64,000 bases of DNA, from contig JAGHSF010000019.1 in assembly GCA_018065985.1 (NCBI GenBank), forward strand, positions 6,328-70,327, given 5' to 3'. Shown piece after piece: positions 19,299-29,001 of the stretch. This DNA is from Candidatus Cryptobacteroides choladohippi (lineage in GTDB: Bacteria; Bacteroidota; Bacteroidia; Bacteroidales; UBA932). A model generated the notes under the pieces. It did no database searches, was not told the origin of the DNA, and saw only the letters and a list, made by a program, of their open reading frames with translations. The translations under genes were made by a program, and so were the position numbers. Position 1 is the first letter of the stretch, and the number at the start of each line of letters is the position of its first letter.

Positions 19299-20323
19299 CA
19301 GCGCGCCCTCCTTCTGTTCAGAATGTCACTTGTGCTGGACCGCTTGCCGCGAGGGCTTTCAGAAGCCCTTTCCGACACCATCGCCTTGAATTCGGACACC
19401 GGCATCGACATGTCCATGAAACTCATGGGATTCACGAATGAGCCTCTGTATATCACCTCATAGTGCAGGTGGCAGCCGGTCGACTTGCCGGAATTGCCCA
19501 CACTGCCTATGCGTTCCCCACGTTTCACCTTCATGCCCGGCACAACCTCGATGGTGTTCAGATGTGCGTAGTGGGACTTGTATCCGTACCCGTGGTCGAT
19601 CAGAATCTCGTTGCCATACCCCCTGAAATTGAAGTCGGCAATCTCCACGACGCCGTCGCCGGTCGCATAGACCGGGTTGCCGCGATGGGTGGCGATGTCC
19701 TGCCCCGAATGGTACTCGCCGCCACCGTAGACAGGGTCGGTGCGGTGCCCGAACGGGCTGGACAGATGATACTTGCCGGGCTCGGGGCAGATGGGCGGAA
19801 CCGAAGGCACGCAGGCTATCATGTCGCCCGCATCGCGGGCCAGGCCGCCGACCTCGTCGAGCGACTTGCTCTGGATATAGACGCGCTTGGTGAGCTGGTC
19901 CATCCTGCGCATGGTCGACTTGAGGTTGGCATTTGCGCCATATTCATCCAGATGGGCATACCTGTTTTCGCCTACCAGACCGGAATATTTCACATCGTCG
20001 GGAATTTCGCCCAGACCGTATATCGACCGGTAGACGTGATCATCGCGCTCCTCTATCCCCTGGAGGGTCTCCTCGTAAAGGTCCATCTGCCTGTTGAGGA
20101 GTTCGAGCTTTGCCTGATATCTGGCGTTGCGGCGACGCAGCAGGGCCGTCTTGGGAAGTTCGAAACCGAACACCGTCGTGTAGAGCCAGAAGTAGAGCCA
20201 GACAAGGGCCGGGGCCACAATCACAAGCACACAGATTCTCAGAACCTTGGAACGTTTCGACTCGTTCTGAGGCTCATAGAGAAGTGTTTCCGGATTATAA
20301 ACCCACTTTGCCATAGACGGCAA
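19298..20323 (-). CDS. M23-family metallopeptidase (membrane-anchored), paralogue of the downstream gene
   Basis: HSGQDIA ... DHGYGYKSHYAHL ... GNSGKSTGCHLHYEV. It overlaps the next gene by 1 nt. Confidence 0.85.
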   Translation of the reverse strand: MPSMAKWVYNPETLLYEPQNESKRSKVLRICVLVIVAPALVWLYFWLYTTVFGFELPKTALLRRRNARYQAKLELLNRQMDLYEETLQGIEERDDHVYRSIYGLGEIPDDVKYSGLVGENRYAHLDEYGANANLKSTMRRMDQLTKRVYIQSKSLDEVGGLARDAGDMIACVPSVPPICPEPGKYHLSSPFGHRTDPVYGGGEYHSGQDIATHRGNPVYATGDGVVEIADFNFRGYGNEILIDHGYGYKSHYAHLNTIEVVPGMKVKRGERIGSVGNSGKSTGCHLHYEVIYRGSFVNPMSFMDMSMPVSEFKAMVSERASESPRGKRSSTSDILNRRRAR

Positions 20324-20343
20324 AGATACTCATTTTTTGGAAA

Positions 20344-22746
20344 TTACGCGCAGTTATCTAAAGTACGCCAGTTCTGCGGGTCACGGAATCCCAGAAGGAA
20401 GGCCTTGACATCCATCCTCTTCTTTCCGCTGAGCTGGAGATCCTTTATGCTGATGGCACCGTCCGAGGTGGCGATGGCGAGGTATGTCTTGCCGTCAGAC
20501 AGGATTGTGCCCGGTTCGGCATGCAGGTCGGAGCGCTCGGAAGTGAATATCTTCAGCTGCAGGGCGTTCCCGTCAGGGCCGGCGATCTCCGTGAATGCCG
20601 TGGGGTACGGACTGAGCCCCCTGATGAGGTTGTAGATATGCTCGGTGGTGTCGTTCCAGTCGATACGGCAGGTCTCGCGGGTGATCTTGGGTGCCGGCTT
20701 GAGGACCTCGCTGCCCTGGATGAAACTCCTCTGGACGCGGGTCTCGACATTGCGCTGGATGATGCCTTCGACGGTCTGGACGACGAGTCCGGCACCCATC
20801 TCCATGAGCCTGTCATGCACGTCGCCGGCAGTGTCGGTATCGCTGATGCGGCACTCCTCGCGCAGGATGATGCCTCCCGTGTCGATGTTCTTGTCTATCA
20901 TGAAGGTGGTGACACCTGTCATCCTCTCACCGTTGATCACAGCCCAGTTGATAGGAGCGGCGCCGCGGTACTGGGGCAGCAGTGCAGCATGAAGGTTGAA
21001 GGTGCCCAGCCTCGGCATCTTCCACACTTCCTCGGGAAGCATGCGGAAGGCAACCACCACGAACATGTCGGCATTCCAGGCCTTGAGGGCCTCGAGGAAT
21101 TCCGGGTCCTTGAGCTTGACGGGCTGAAGGACGGGGATGCCATGTTCCACTGCGTACTGCTTCACGGCGCTCTGGTTCACCTTCAGGCCGCGTCCTGCGG
21201 GCTTGTCGGCAACGGTTACCACGCCCGCTATGTTGTAGCCCTTCTTGACAAGGGCATCCAGAGGTGCCACGGCAAACTCAGGGGTACCCATGTACACTAT
21301 GCGCACGGGGCGGAAGAAACGGGATATGCGGCTCTTTGTCATTCGCCACCAGTTTGAGATAGAATCCATATTGAAAATTTCCGAGTCATTGACGGCCTTC
21401 CACGTCAGGAAGGCTCCTATTGGAATCAGCACCATGGAGGCTGAGAAGGCACCGGCTACAGCGCTGATGTTGCCGTCTCTCGAAAGCTTGGTGCTGGAAA
21501 TGTCCACGATGTAGTACAGCACAAAGAACAGCACGCTCACTATGGCGCTGGTACCAAGTCCGCCCTTCTTGATCAGGGCACCCAGAGGAGCGCCGATGAA
21601 GAAAAGGATGAAGCATGCGAGCGCCTGCGCGAACTTGACAAGGAGTTCCGTGTCCGACTTGTACACATAATAGTAGAACTCATAGACGTTGTGCCCGTAA
21701 GACGTCACGTCCTGAACCAGCCTGTCGGCAGAGAACGAAGCATTCTGATAGGCCTTCGCCCTTTCGGCGAGAGTCTTCCAGTCCCCCATGCCTTCATATT
21801 CGAAGGGCAGGGTCGCCCCGCTGTGCACGGAAGTGTCCAGCTGCCTGTGCATATAGATGGAAGGGCACTTCACAAAGGCGGCAAGGTTGTCGTCGTGCAT
21901 TCTCTGGATCTGGGTGTCGAGAGAGTCGGAGAAGAACCTGAGGTCGTCGATGCTCAGGCACTTGACCTGGTCTCCGAAACGGCTGGAGTCCGACTTCTGG
22001 AAGGAATAGTTCTCCAGCGGGATGATCAGTTCCTGCCTGGCAAAGGTGATGTGCTGCAGGTCCAGGGTCGTGTCCCGGTATGACCTGTTGTTGGTCTCCT
22101 GATAGTTGGACCCGTTGTAAAGGGTGAACACAAGATAGTCCTTGGCCTTGCTCATCTTCATGGTGGCGGAGTCGGCAAGGGTCACGACGGTGTTGCCCTT
22201 GTTTCCGGTATGGTCATAGACCATCACGCCATACATCATGCCGTTGTCCTTGTTCTGGTCGTCCACCCGGAGGATATAGCCCTCGATTCCGTCATAGAAG
22301 GTTCCCCTGGGGATCTTTATCTCGTCCTTGGTACGGCCGATGTCATCCCTGAGGGTGAATATCTCGTTATAGGCGTGAGGTACCAGCTTGGAGCCGGAGA
22401 AGAACGCGCCTATCGCGATGAAGAACGCCGCGACGGTCAGAGGGGCCATGATCCTGGCAAGTGAGATGCCGGAGGCCTTGAGAGCCATAAGTTCCTTGTT
22501 CTCAGCGAGATTGCCCACCACCATCATGGAGGCGAGCAAGGTCGCAAGGGGCAGCGCCATCGGAAGGATGGTGCATATGCCCCACATGAGGAACTCGAGT
22601 ATGATCTTCAGACTGAGGCCCTTTCCGACAAGTTCGTCGATATAGAGCCAGAGAAAGTGCATCATGAGGACAAATATCACGACAATCAGTATCGCGAAGA
22701 AAGGCGCGATAAACTGCTTGAGGAGAAATCTGTCCAGTTTCTTCAT
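20344..22746 (-). CDS. fmt: Single ORF fusing an LptF/LptG (YjgP/YjgQ)-family permease (residues about 1-468) to methionyl-tRNA formyltransferase (residues about 469-800)
   Basis: The N-terminal part reads MKKLDRFLLKQFIAPFFAILIVVIF ... ENKELMALKASGISL and has six hydrophobic segments. The C-terminal part reads RIVYMGTPEFAV ... FNLHAALLPQYRGAAPINWAVINGE ... TFMIDKNIDTGGI. There is no stop codon between the two parts. An internal ATG lies at 21342 (MTKSRISRFFRPVRIVYMGTPEF). Confidence 0.8.
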   Translation of the reverse strand: MKKLDRFLLKQFIAPFFAILIVVIFVLMMHFLWLYIDELVGKGLSLKIILEFLMWGICTILPMALPLATLLASMMVVGNLAENKELMALKASGISLARIMAPLTVAAFFIAIGAFFSGSKLVPHAYNEIFTLRDDIGRTKDEIKIPRGTFYDGIEGYILRVDDQNKDNGMMYGVMVYDHTGNKGNTVVTLADSATMKMSKAKDYLVFTLYNGSNYQETNNRSYRDTTLDLQHITFARQELIIPLENYSFQKSDSSRFGDQVKCLSIDDLRFFSDSLDTQIQRMHDDNLAAFVKCPSIYMHRQLDTSVHSGATLPFEYEGMGDWKTLAERAKAYQNASFSADRLVQDVTSYGHNVYEFYYYVYKSDTELLVKFAQALACFILFFIGAPLGALIKKGGLGTSAIVSVLFFVLYYIVDISSTKLSRDGNISAVAGAFSASMVLIPIGAFLTWKAVNDSEIFNMDSISNWWRMTKSRISRFFRPVRIVYMGTPEFAVAPLDALVKKGYNIAGVVTVADKPAGRGLKVNQSAVKQYAVEHGIPVLQPVKLKDPEFLEALKAWNADMFVVVAFRMLPEEVWKMPRLGTFNLHAALLPQYRGAAPINWAVINGERMTGVTTFMIDKNIDTGGIILREECRISDTDTAGDVHDRLMEMGAGLVVQTVEGIIQRNVETRVQRSFIQGSEVLKPAPKITRETCRIDWNDTTEHIYNLIRGLSPYPTAFTEIAGPDGNALQLKIFTSERSDLHAEPGTILSDGKTYLAIATSDGAISIKDLQLSGKKRMDVKAFLLGFRDPQNWRTLDNCA

Positions 22747-22749
22747 ATG

Positions 22750-25356
22750 CTAGAACTTTGCCAGCAGCGCATTGAGTGCATCCTGAAGGCCTGCAGGGTT
22801 CTTGCCGCCTGCAGTTGCCATGCCGGGCTGTCCGCCGCCGCCACCCTGGATGAGCTTGGCGGCCTCGCGTATATCGGCACCCGCATTGCGGCCGGCCTTC
22901 ACGAGGTCGGATGAGTACATGACCATGAGGTTGGGCTTGCCCTCATACTCGAATGCGGCGAATGCTGCGGTTGCAGTAGCCTGCTTCTGGAGTATGGTGA
23001 GCGAGTTGCGGACGATAGCAGGGTCCACATCGCCCCTTGTGAAGGTGGCGATCCTGATGCCTGAGACCTCCTTCGCCTCTTCGAGCATCTTCTCGGCGTA
23101 GATTGCCGCGCGCTTTGCAGCGGCCTCCTCTGCGGCCTTCTTGTAGCCTGCGTTCTCCTCGATGAGCCTGCGGATTGCGCTGAGAAGGTCCGGAGCATTG
23201 TTGAACTCTGCCCTTGCCTCCTTGATCGTGTTCTGGAGATCGGCAACATACTTGTCGGCACCGTCGGCAGTGACGGCCTCGATGCGGCGTATTCCCGCTG
23301 CGATAGCCGACTCGCTGAGGATCTTGAACATGCCTATCTTTCCTGTGGCTGCGGTGTGGCAGCCGCCGCAGAGCTCGACACTGGGACCGAATTTCACCAC
23401 GCGTACGCGATCGCCGTACTTCTCGCCGAAGAGTGCGATTGCGCCCATCTCCTTTGCCTGCTCCATCGTGGCGTGACGGATCTCCTCCAGGGGATAGTCC
23501 TCACGGATAAGTTCGTTCACGCGCTTCTCCACTGCAGCAATCTGCTCGTCGGAGAGCTTCTCGAAGTGTGAGAAGTCGAAGCGGAGGGACTTGTCGGTGA
23601 CATATGAGCCCTTCTGCTCGACATGGCTTCCGAGAATCTCGCGGAGGGCCTGGTCGAGAAGGTGGGTGCAGCTGTGGTTGTTGGCAATCATCTGCCTGCG
23701 CTCTGCATCGACGTGGAGTTCGAACAGACCTGTGCAGTTCTTGGGAAGGCGCTCTGCGATGTGTACGGTAAGGTTGTTGTCCTTGATTGTATTGAGGATG
23801 GCGATCTTCTCGCCGTCTGAGCTGAGGATGTAGCCGGTGTCTCCGATCTCGCCGCCCATCTCACCATAGAAGGGGGTGTAGTCGAATACGAGCTGGAGCA
23901 TCTCCTTGTTCTTCTGGACCACGGTACGCTGCTTGAGCATGTGGCAATCGTGTGTGACGAGCTTGTCGTAGCCCACGAACTCGCATTCGCCGGGATAGTA
24001 CTCGGTCCAGTCGCCGAACTCGTTGGCGGTGGCGTTGCGGGCACGCTCCTTCTGCTTGCCGAGCTCCACCTGGAAGCCCTCGAGATCGACCTTGTAGCCC
24101 TTCTCGGTAGCGATGAGCTCGGTGAGGTCGATGGGGAATCCGTAGGTATCGTAGAGCTTGAATGCGTCGGCACCGGAGATGGTCCTGGAATCTCCCTCGG
24201 CCGCCATGCACTCGTCGAGCAGCTTGATGCCGCGGTCAAGGGTGCGCAGGAATGCCATTTCCTCCTCGCGGATGACATTCTCGATGAGTTTCTGCTGGTT
24301 TACGATCTCGGGGTATGCCTCGCCCATGTCGGAGATGAGCTGGGGTACGAGACGGCAGAGGAAAGGCTCGCCGAAGCCGAGGAATGTGTATCCGTAGCGG
24401 ACTGCACGGCGGAGGATTCGGCGGATCACGTAGCCGGCCTTCACATTGCTGGGCAGCTGGCCGTCAGCGATGCTGAAGGAGATTGCACGGATATGGTCGG
24501 CAATCACGCGCATTGCGACGTCGACGTCCTTGCTCTCGCCGTACTTGTGGCCGGAAAGCTCGCCGATCTTGCCGAGCATGCCGGTGAACACGTCAGAATC
24601 GTAGTTGGAGTTCTTTCCCTGGAGCACTGAGCAGAGGCGTTCGAAGCCCATGCCGGTGTCGATGTTCTTTGCGGGAAGGTTCTCGAGGTGGCCGTCGGCC
24701 TTGCGCTCGAACTCCATGAACACGAGGTTCCATATCTCGATCACGTGAGGGTCGCTCTGGTTCACAAGGTCACGTCCGGGTATGCCGGAAGCCTTCTCCT
24801 CGGGGGTACGGATATCGATATGGATCTCCGAGCAGGGGCCGCAGGGGCCGGTGTCGCCCATTTCCCAGAAGTTGTCGTGCTTGTTGCCAAGGACGATATG
24901 GTCCTCAGGCATGTGCTTGAGCCATGCTGCCTTTGCCTCGGTGTCGAGAGGGCACTCGTCCGAACCTTCGAAGATGGTTGCATAGAGTATGCTCTTGTCG
25001 ATGCCGTAAACCTCGGTAAGGAGTTCCCATGCCCAATCGATGGCCTCGGTCTTGAAATAGTCGCCGCACCTCCAGTTGCCCAGCATCTCGAACATGGTGT
25101 GATGGTAGGTGTCGTGTCCCACTTCCTCGAGGTCATTGTGCTTGCCGCTGACGCGGAGGCACTTCTGGGAGTCGGCCGCACGGAAGAACTTGGTCTTGCT
25201 GTTGCCAAGGAATATGTCTTTGAACTGGTTCATGCCCGCATTGGTGAACATCAATGTGGGGTCGTTCTTGACTACCATAGGAGCGCTGGGGACCACAACG
25301 TGGCCCTTTGAAGCGAAAAAGTCCAGGAATTTCTGCCTGATTTCTTTAGAGGTCAT
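22750..25356 (-). CDS. alaS: Alanine--tRNA ligase
   Basis: The 868-aa protein has [10 protein letters not shown] and the class II core. The editing-domain motifs HSCTHLL and CGGCHT are present, followed by a C-terminal DHHA1-like tail. Confidence 0.93.
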   Translation of the reverse strand: MTSKEIRQKFLDFFASKGHVVVPSAPMVVKNDPTLMFTNAGMNQFKDIFLGNSKTKFFRAADSQKCLRVSGKHNDLEEVGHDTYHHTMFEMLGNWRCGDYFKTEAIDWAWELLTEVYGIDKSILYATIFEGSDECPLDTEAKAAWLKHMPEDHIVLGNKHDNFWEMGDTGPCGPCSEIHIDIRTPEEKASGIPGRDLVNQSDPHVIEIWNLVFMEFERKADGHLENLPAKNIDTGMGFERLCSVLQGKNSNYDSDVFTGMLGKIGELSGHKYGESKDVDVAMRVIADHIRAISFSIADGQLPSNVKAGYVIRRILRRAVRYGYTFLGFGEPFLCRLVPQLISDMGEAYPEIVNQQKLIENVIREEEMAFLRTLDRGIKLLDECMAAEGDSRTISGADAFKLYDTYGFPIDLTELIATEKGYKVDLEGFQVELGKQKERARNATANEFGDWTEYYPGECEFVGYDKLVTHDCHMLKQRTVVQKNKEMLQLVFDYTPFYGEMGGEIGDTGYILSSDGEKIAILNTIKDNNLTVHIAERLPKNCTGLFELHVDAERRQMIANNHSCTHLLDQALREILGSHVEQKGSYVTDKSLRFDFSHFEKLSDEQIAAVEKRVNELIREDYPLEEIRHATMEQAKEMGAIALFGEKYGDRVRVVKFGPSVELCGGCHTAATGKIGMFKILSESAIAAGIRRIEAVTADGADKYVADLQNTIKEARAEFNNAPDLLSAIRRLIEENAGYKKAAEEAAAKRAAIYAEKMLEEAKEVSGIRIATFTRGDVDPAIVRNSLTILQKQATATAAFAAFEYEGKPNLMVMYSSDLVKAGRNAGADIREAAKLIQGGGGGQPGMATAGGKNPAGLQDALNALLAKF

Positions 25357-25407
25357 ATCGATGCTTTTTAAACAATCTACAAAAATACATATTTTTTCGG
25401 TAGGATG

Positions 25408-26049
25408 CTAATCCAGTATCACCAGAGCCATGGAAGGGTGATTGAAATCCAGCTGCACCACGTCTTCCGATGCTATGTTGAGGGAGGCTTTCCACCAGTT
25501 GTCGAAGACGACGCCGTCCAGCGGCCAGCGCAGTCCTCGCGAACTGATACGGAGGGTGTTGTCGGGAGAGAAGATGGAGATCCTGCGGCCCTCTCCCACG
25601 TGAAGTTCGGTGCTGCCGGTTATGGCAAATGATGTGGAATAGTCCGACACCATCTCGAGCCTGATTCCCCTGTCCGACAGTCCGTAATCCTTCTCATACT
25701 GCATAAGCAGCGACAGGTTGCCCACAGTGTGGGCTTCGGACTTGCCGGTCCCTCCAAGTATATGGATATCAGTGACATCAGGGTAGCTCTCAAGCACATG
25801 CAGGATCGCTTTGGTGAGGTCATTGCACTCCTGGTCGGGATTTCTCACGACCCTGGCCTTCGTTTTCCCGAGACACTTCCGGGTTGCGGAATCGAAGTCG
25901 CCGACTACCACGTCGGCATCCTTGCCGCGGCGCAGCAGTGCAGCGATTGCGCTGTCGCATGCGACGAGCACATCGGCATTGTCGAGCAGCCACTTGGGAT
26001 ACTCCTTGCGGGGATAGTCGCCCGCCGCCAGAACTACAATGTTTTTCAT
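25408..26049 (-). CDS. Thiamine diphosphokinase
   Basis: MKNIVVLAAGDYP ... VVGDFDS ... HILGGTGKS, with a beta-sandwich tail. The start is taken at ATG 26049 rather than the ORF-track start at 26067. Confidence 0.7.
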   Translation of the reverse strand: MKNIVVLAAGDYPRKEYPKWLLDNADVLVACDSAIAALLRRGKDADVVVGDFDSATRKCLGKTKARVVRNPDQECNDLTKAILHVLESYPDVTDIHILGGTGKSEAHTVGNLSLLMQYEKDYGLSDRGIRLEMVSDYSTSFAITGSTELHVGEGRRISIFSPDNTLRISSRGLRWPLDGVVFDNWWKASLNIASEDVVQLDFNHPSMALVILD

Positions 26050-26095
26050 GCGGCAAAGATACAGCAATTCACCGAATTTTTATAAATTCGCGTTC

Positions 26096-27565
26096 ATGTT
26101 ACGCAAAGTAAGAATCATCCTTGCAGTGTTGTTCTTCGCAGGAATCACACTGCTGCTGGCAGGAACAGGCCGGCAATGGTGGGGATGGATGGCAAAACTC
26201 CAGTTCCTGCCGTCCTGCCTTGCCGGAAACTTCATCGTGATCGGAGGCATCGCGCTTCTCACCCTGCTCTTCGGCCGCATATACTGTTCGGTAATCTGCC
26301 CGCTGGGCGTGTATCAGGACCTGATCATCTGGATCCGCAGGCAGATCGGACTCTTCGCCAACAAGGTCAATGTAAAACGCAAGGTCAAGGCGGCGCAGGC
26401 CCGGAAGGAAGGGCGGGAAGTAGAGGCCGTCAGCACCCTGAAGGCCGAGGTCAAGCACTTCAAGTACAACAGGGAGCGCAGGCTTCCCCGCTATATCGTG
26501 CTGGGGCTCACCGCATTGGCCGTATTTGCAGACATCCAGCTCCTTGTGGCGCTCATCGAGCCCTACAGCGCATATGGCCGCATGGTGCATACGGCCGTCG
26601 GCATGTGCGGTGGTGCAGACATACCCGTCGCACTCATGATCGCAGCTGCGGCAACCCTGGTGATAATTTCCGTCAGCGCATGGCTCTGGGGCCGCGCTTG
26701 GTGCAGCAACATATGTCCCGTGGGTTCGCTGCTCGGCATAATCAGCAGGTTCAGCCTCTTCAAGATACGTTTCGACGTCGACAAATGCACGGCATGCGGA
26801 CGCTGCGGACGCGGCTGCAAGGCATCCTGCATCGACATGCATGCCCACACCGTCGACGCGAGCAGATGCCTCGTCTGCTTCGACTGCATCGGCCGATGCA
26901 AGGAGGGCGCGATAAGTTACGGACCTCGGAAGAAATCCGCATCAAAGGCACCGTCAGAAAGCCGAGACGGCGCCAGCCGTCGAGCTTTCCTGACACAAGC
27001 AGCAATGCTGACAAGCATCGCTGTCTTGGGGCAGGAAAAGCGCAAGGACGGCGGATTGGCGGAGATCGAGGACAAGCAGGTTCCGCAGCGCTGGGGCCGG
27101 ATCGTCCCGCCAGGAGCCGGGAGCGTAAAGGACTTCTACAGCAGGTGCACTGCCTGCCAGCTCTGCATCGCAAGCTGCCCCAACAGCGTGCTGCGACCAG
27201 GCACTGACCTCGGGCATCTTCTCCAGCCCGAGATGGGCTACGAGAAAGGCTTCTGCCGACCCGAATGTACCGCCTGCGGCGAAGTCTGCCCGGCCGGCGC
27301 CATCCGCCCAGTCGGCAAGGAGGAAAAGCTCAGCATTCACATAGGCATGGCCGAAGTGAACGAGGATCTCTGCATCGGATGCGCGAAGTGCAGCACAATC
27401 TGCCCTTCCGGTGCAATCCTCATGATAAACGAGGACGGCAGGAAACTGGCAACAGTGGTCGACACGCAATGCATCGGCTGCGGAAAGTGCGAGTTCCTCT
27501 GCCCGGTAAGACCTATCAGCGCAATAACAGTCAACGGATTGGAGGAGCACAGACATGATGAATAG
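26096..27565 (+). CDS. Membrane-bound polyferredoxin (NapH/YccM-like 4Fe-4S binding protein)
   Basis: Transmembrane helices carry CSVICPLG and WCSNICPVG. They are followed by six ferredoxin-type motifs: CTACGRCGRGC, CLVCFDCIGRC, CTACQLCIASCP, CTACGEVCP, CIGCAKCSTICP and CIGCGKCEFLCP. The start is taken at MLRKVRII (26096). Confidence 0.75.
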   Translation: MLRKVRIILAVLFFAGITLLLAGTGRQWWGWMAKLQFLPSCLAGNFIVIGGIALLTLLFGRIYCSVICPLGVYQDLIIWIRRQIGLFANKVNVKRKVKAAQARKEGREVEAVSTLKAEVKHFKYNRERRLPRYIVLGLTALAVFADIQLLVALIEPYSAYGRMVHTAVGMCGGADIPVALMIAAAATLVIISVSAWLWGRAWCSNICPVGSLLGIISRFSLFKIRFDVDKCTACGRCGRGCKASCIDMHAHTVDASRCLVCFDCIGRCKEGAISYGPRKKSASKAPSESRDGASRRAFLTQAAMLTSIAVLGQEKRKDGGLAEIEDKQVPQRWGRIVPPGAGSVKDFYSRCTACQLCIASCPNSVLRPGTDLGHLLQPEMGYEKGFCRPECTACGEVCPAGAIRPVGKEEKLSIHIGMAEVNEDLCIGCAKCSTICPSGAILMINEDGRKLATVVDTQCIGCGKCEFLCPVRPISAITVNGLEEHRHDE

Positions 27566-28877
27566 AAGAGACTTTATCAGGACTGCCGGCACAGGTGCTG
27601 CAGTCCTTGGAGCCGCCGCCTGCGCGCCAAAGGCCGCGAAGAGCGCAATCGAAGAAGCCAAGGCAGCGCCCGAACTGAAAGGTGAGATGGCACAGAACTA
27701 CCCCGGCGTGAGTCTTCTGGGATACGGCTGCATGCGCTGGCCCCAGATAGAGACCGAGGACGGCAGGAAGGTCATCGACCAGGACAAGGTCAACGAGATG
27801 GTCGATTTTGCAATCGCGCATGGCGTGAACTACTTCGACGCCTCCCCCACCTATATAGGAGGTGAGTGCGAGACTGCAACCTCAATAGCACTCAACCGCC
27901 ATCCCAGGGAGAAATGGCTGCTTGCAACCAAGCTTTCCAACTTCTCGAACTGGACACTTGAGAACTCGAAGAAGATGTACCAGGAGTCGCTGCGTATCTA
28001 TCAGACCGACCACATCGACTACTACCTGCTGCACTCCATCGGCAACCGCAAGACCTTCGACACCCGCTTCGGCGACACCGGAATCATGCCATTCCTGCTC
28101 GAGGAGCGCAAAAAGGGTCACATACGCAACCTCGGATTCTCGTTCCACGGCCCGGTTGACGGCATGAAGGAACTGCTCGAACTGCACGAGACTTACCACT
28201 GGGACTTCGTGCAGATACAGATGAACTACATCGACTGGTTCGAGGGCGATGCGGAGGAACTCTACAGGATGCTCGACGAGAAGGAGATCCCGGTCGTCAT
28301 CATGGAGCCGCTGCTGGGAGGAAAGCTGGGCAACATGCCCGCCCCGCTTGCACAGCGTATGAAGGAGCGCGAACCAAAGAGTTCCATAGCATCCTGGGCA
28401 TTCAGGTTCTGCGGCAGCTACCCGCGCATCCTCACAGTGCTCAGCGGAATGTCCTGCATGGAGCACCTGCAGGACAACCTCGGCACATACATGGACTTCA
28501 AGCCCCTTGGGCAGGACGAGCTCGCCATGCTCGACGACATAGCCGAGACATTCAAGAAGTACCCCCTTGTGGACTGCACCGGCTGCCAGTACTGCATGCC
28601 CTGCCCTTACGGCATCGACATTCCAGGCATCTTCAGTTTCTACAACAAGACAGTGAACGAGGCGACGTATGTCACCTCACAGGAGCAGAAGGGCTACGCC
28701 CATGCCCGAAGGAAATACCTTCTGGCCTACAACAAGGCCATTCCCACGGTGCGCCAGGCCGACCACTGCATTGTATGCGGCCAATGTCTGAAAGAATGTC
28801 CGCAGCGCATCAAGATACCCACAGAGCTCAAGAAGATCGACAACTACATCGAGGCCCTGAAGCAGGAGACGCTCTGA
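27555..28877 (+). CDS. Tat-signal aldo/keto reductase with C-terminal Fe-S cluster domain
   Basis: The twin-arginine leader is MMNRRDFIRTAGTGAAVLGAAAC. An AKR core (GVNYFDASPTYIGGECE ... DYYLLH) is followed by CTGCQYCMPCPYGIDIP and CIVCGQCLKECP. It overlaps the polyferredoxin gene by 11 nt. Confidence 0.75.
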   Translation: MMNRRDFIRTAGTGAAVLGAAACAPKAAKSAIEEAKAAPELKGEMAQNYPGVSLLGYGCMRWPQIETEDGRKVIDQDKVNEMVDFAIAHGVNYFDASPTYIGGECETATSIALNRHPREKWLLATKLSNFSNWTLENSKKMYQESLRIYQTDHIDYYLLHSIGNRKTFDTRFGDTGIMPFLLEERKKGHIRNLGFSFHGPVDGMKELLELHETYHWDFVQIQMNYIDWFEGDAEELYRMLDEKEIPVVIMEPLLGGKLGNMPAPLAQRMKEREPKSSIASWAFRFCGSYPRILTVLSGMSCMEHLQDNLGTYMDFKPLGQDELAMLDDIAETFKKYPLVDCTGCQYCMPCPYGIDIPGIFSFYNKTVNEATYVTSQEQKGYAHARRKYLLAYNKAIPTVRQADHCIVCGQCLKECPQRIKIPTELKKIDNYIEALKQETL

Positions 28878-28927
28878 CAGTCTCGCGGTTCCCTGCAGGA
28901 GCCCGGCTATTGTATAAGGTATAACAA

Positions 28928-28969
28928 GGAAGAGGATTTTCCGCTTGGAAAATCCTCTTCTCGATTTTT
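28928..28969 (+). terminator. Rho-independent terminator after the AKR gene
   Basis: ggaagaggattttcc-gctt-ggaaaatcctcttc is followed by tcgattttt. Confidence 0.75.
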
Positions 28970-29001
28970 GACAGGCAGCATGAGACATGCTGCCGTTCAT
29001 G

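Noticed and set aside
19463-20635. 390-aa plus-strand ORF spanning the M23 peptidase and the start of the Lpt-Fmt gene
   Set aside because: It is antisense to two well-supported minus-strand genes and crosses their intergenic gap. It has no recognisable domain and is a shadow ORF.
20344-22746. Calling the Lpt-Fmt ORF a pseudogene or frameshifted pair
   Set aside because: Both halves are full-length with intact motifs, and no stop or frame change is visible. I therefore report it as an intact fused ORF and flag the need for read-level verification.
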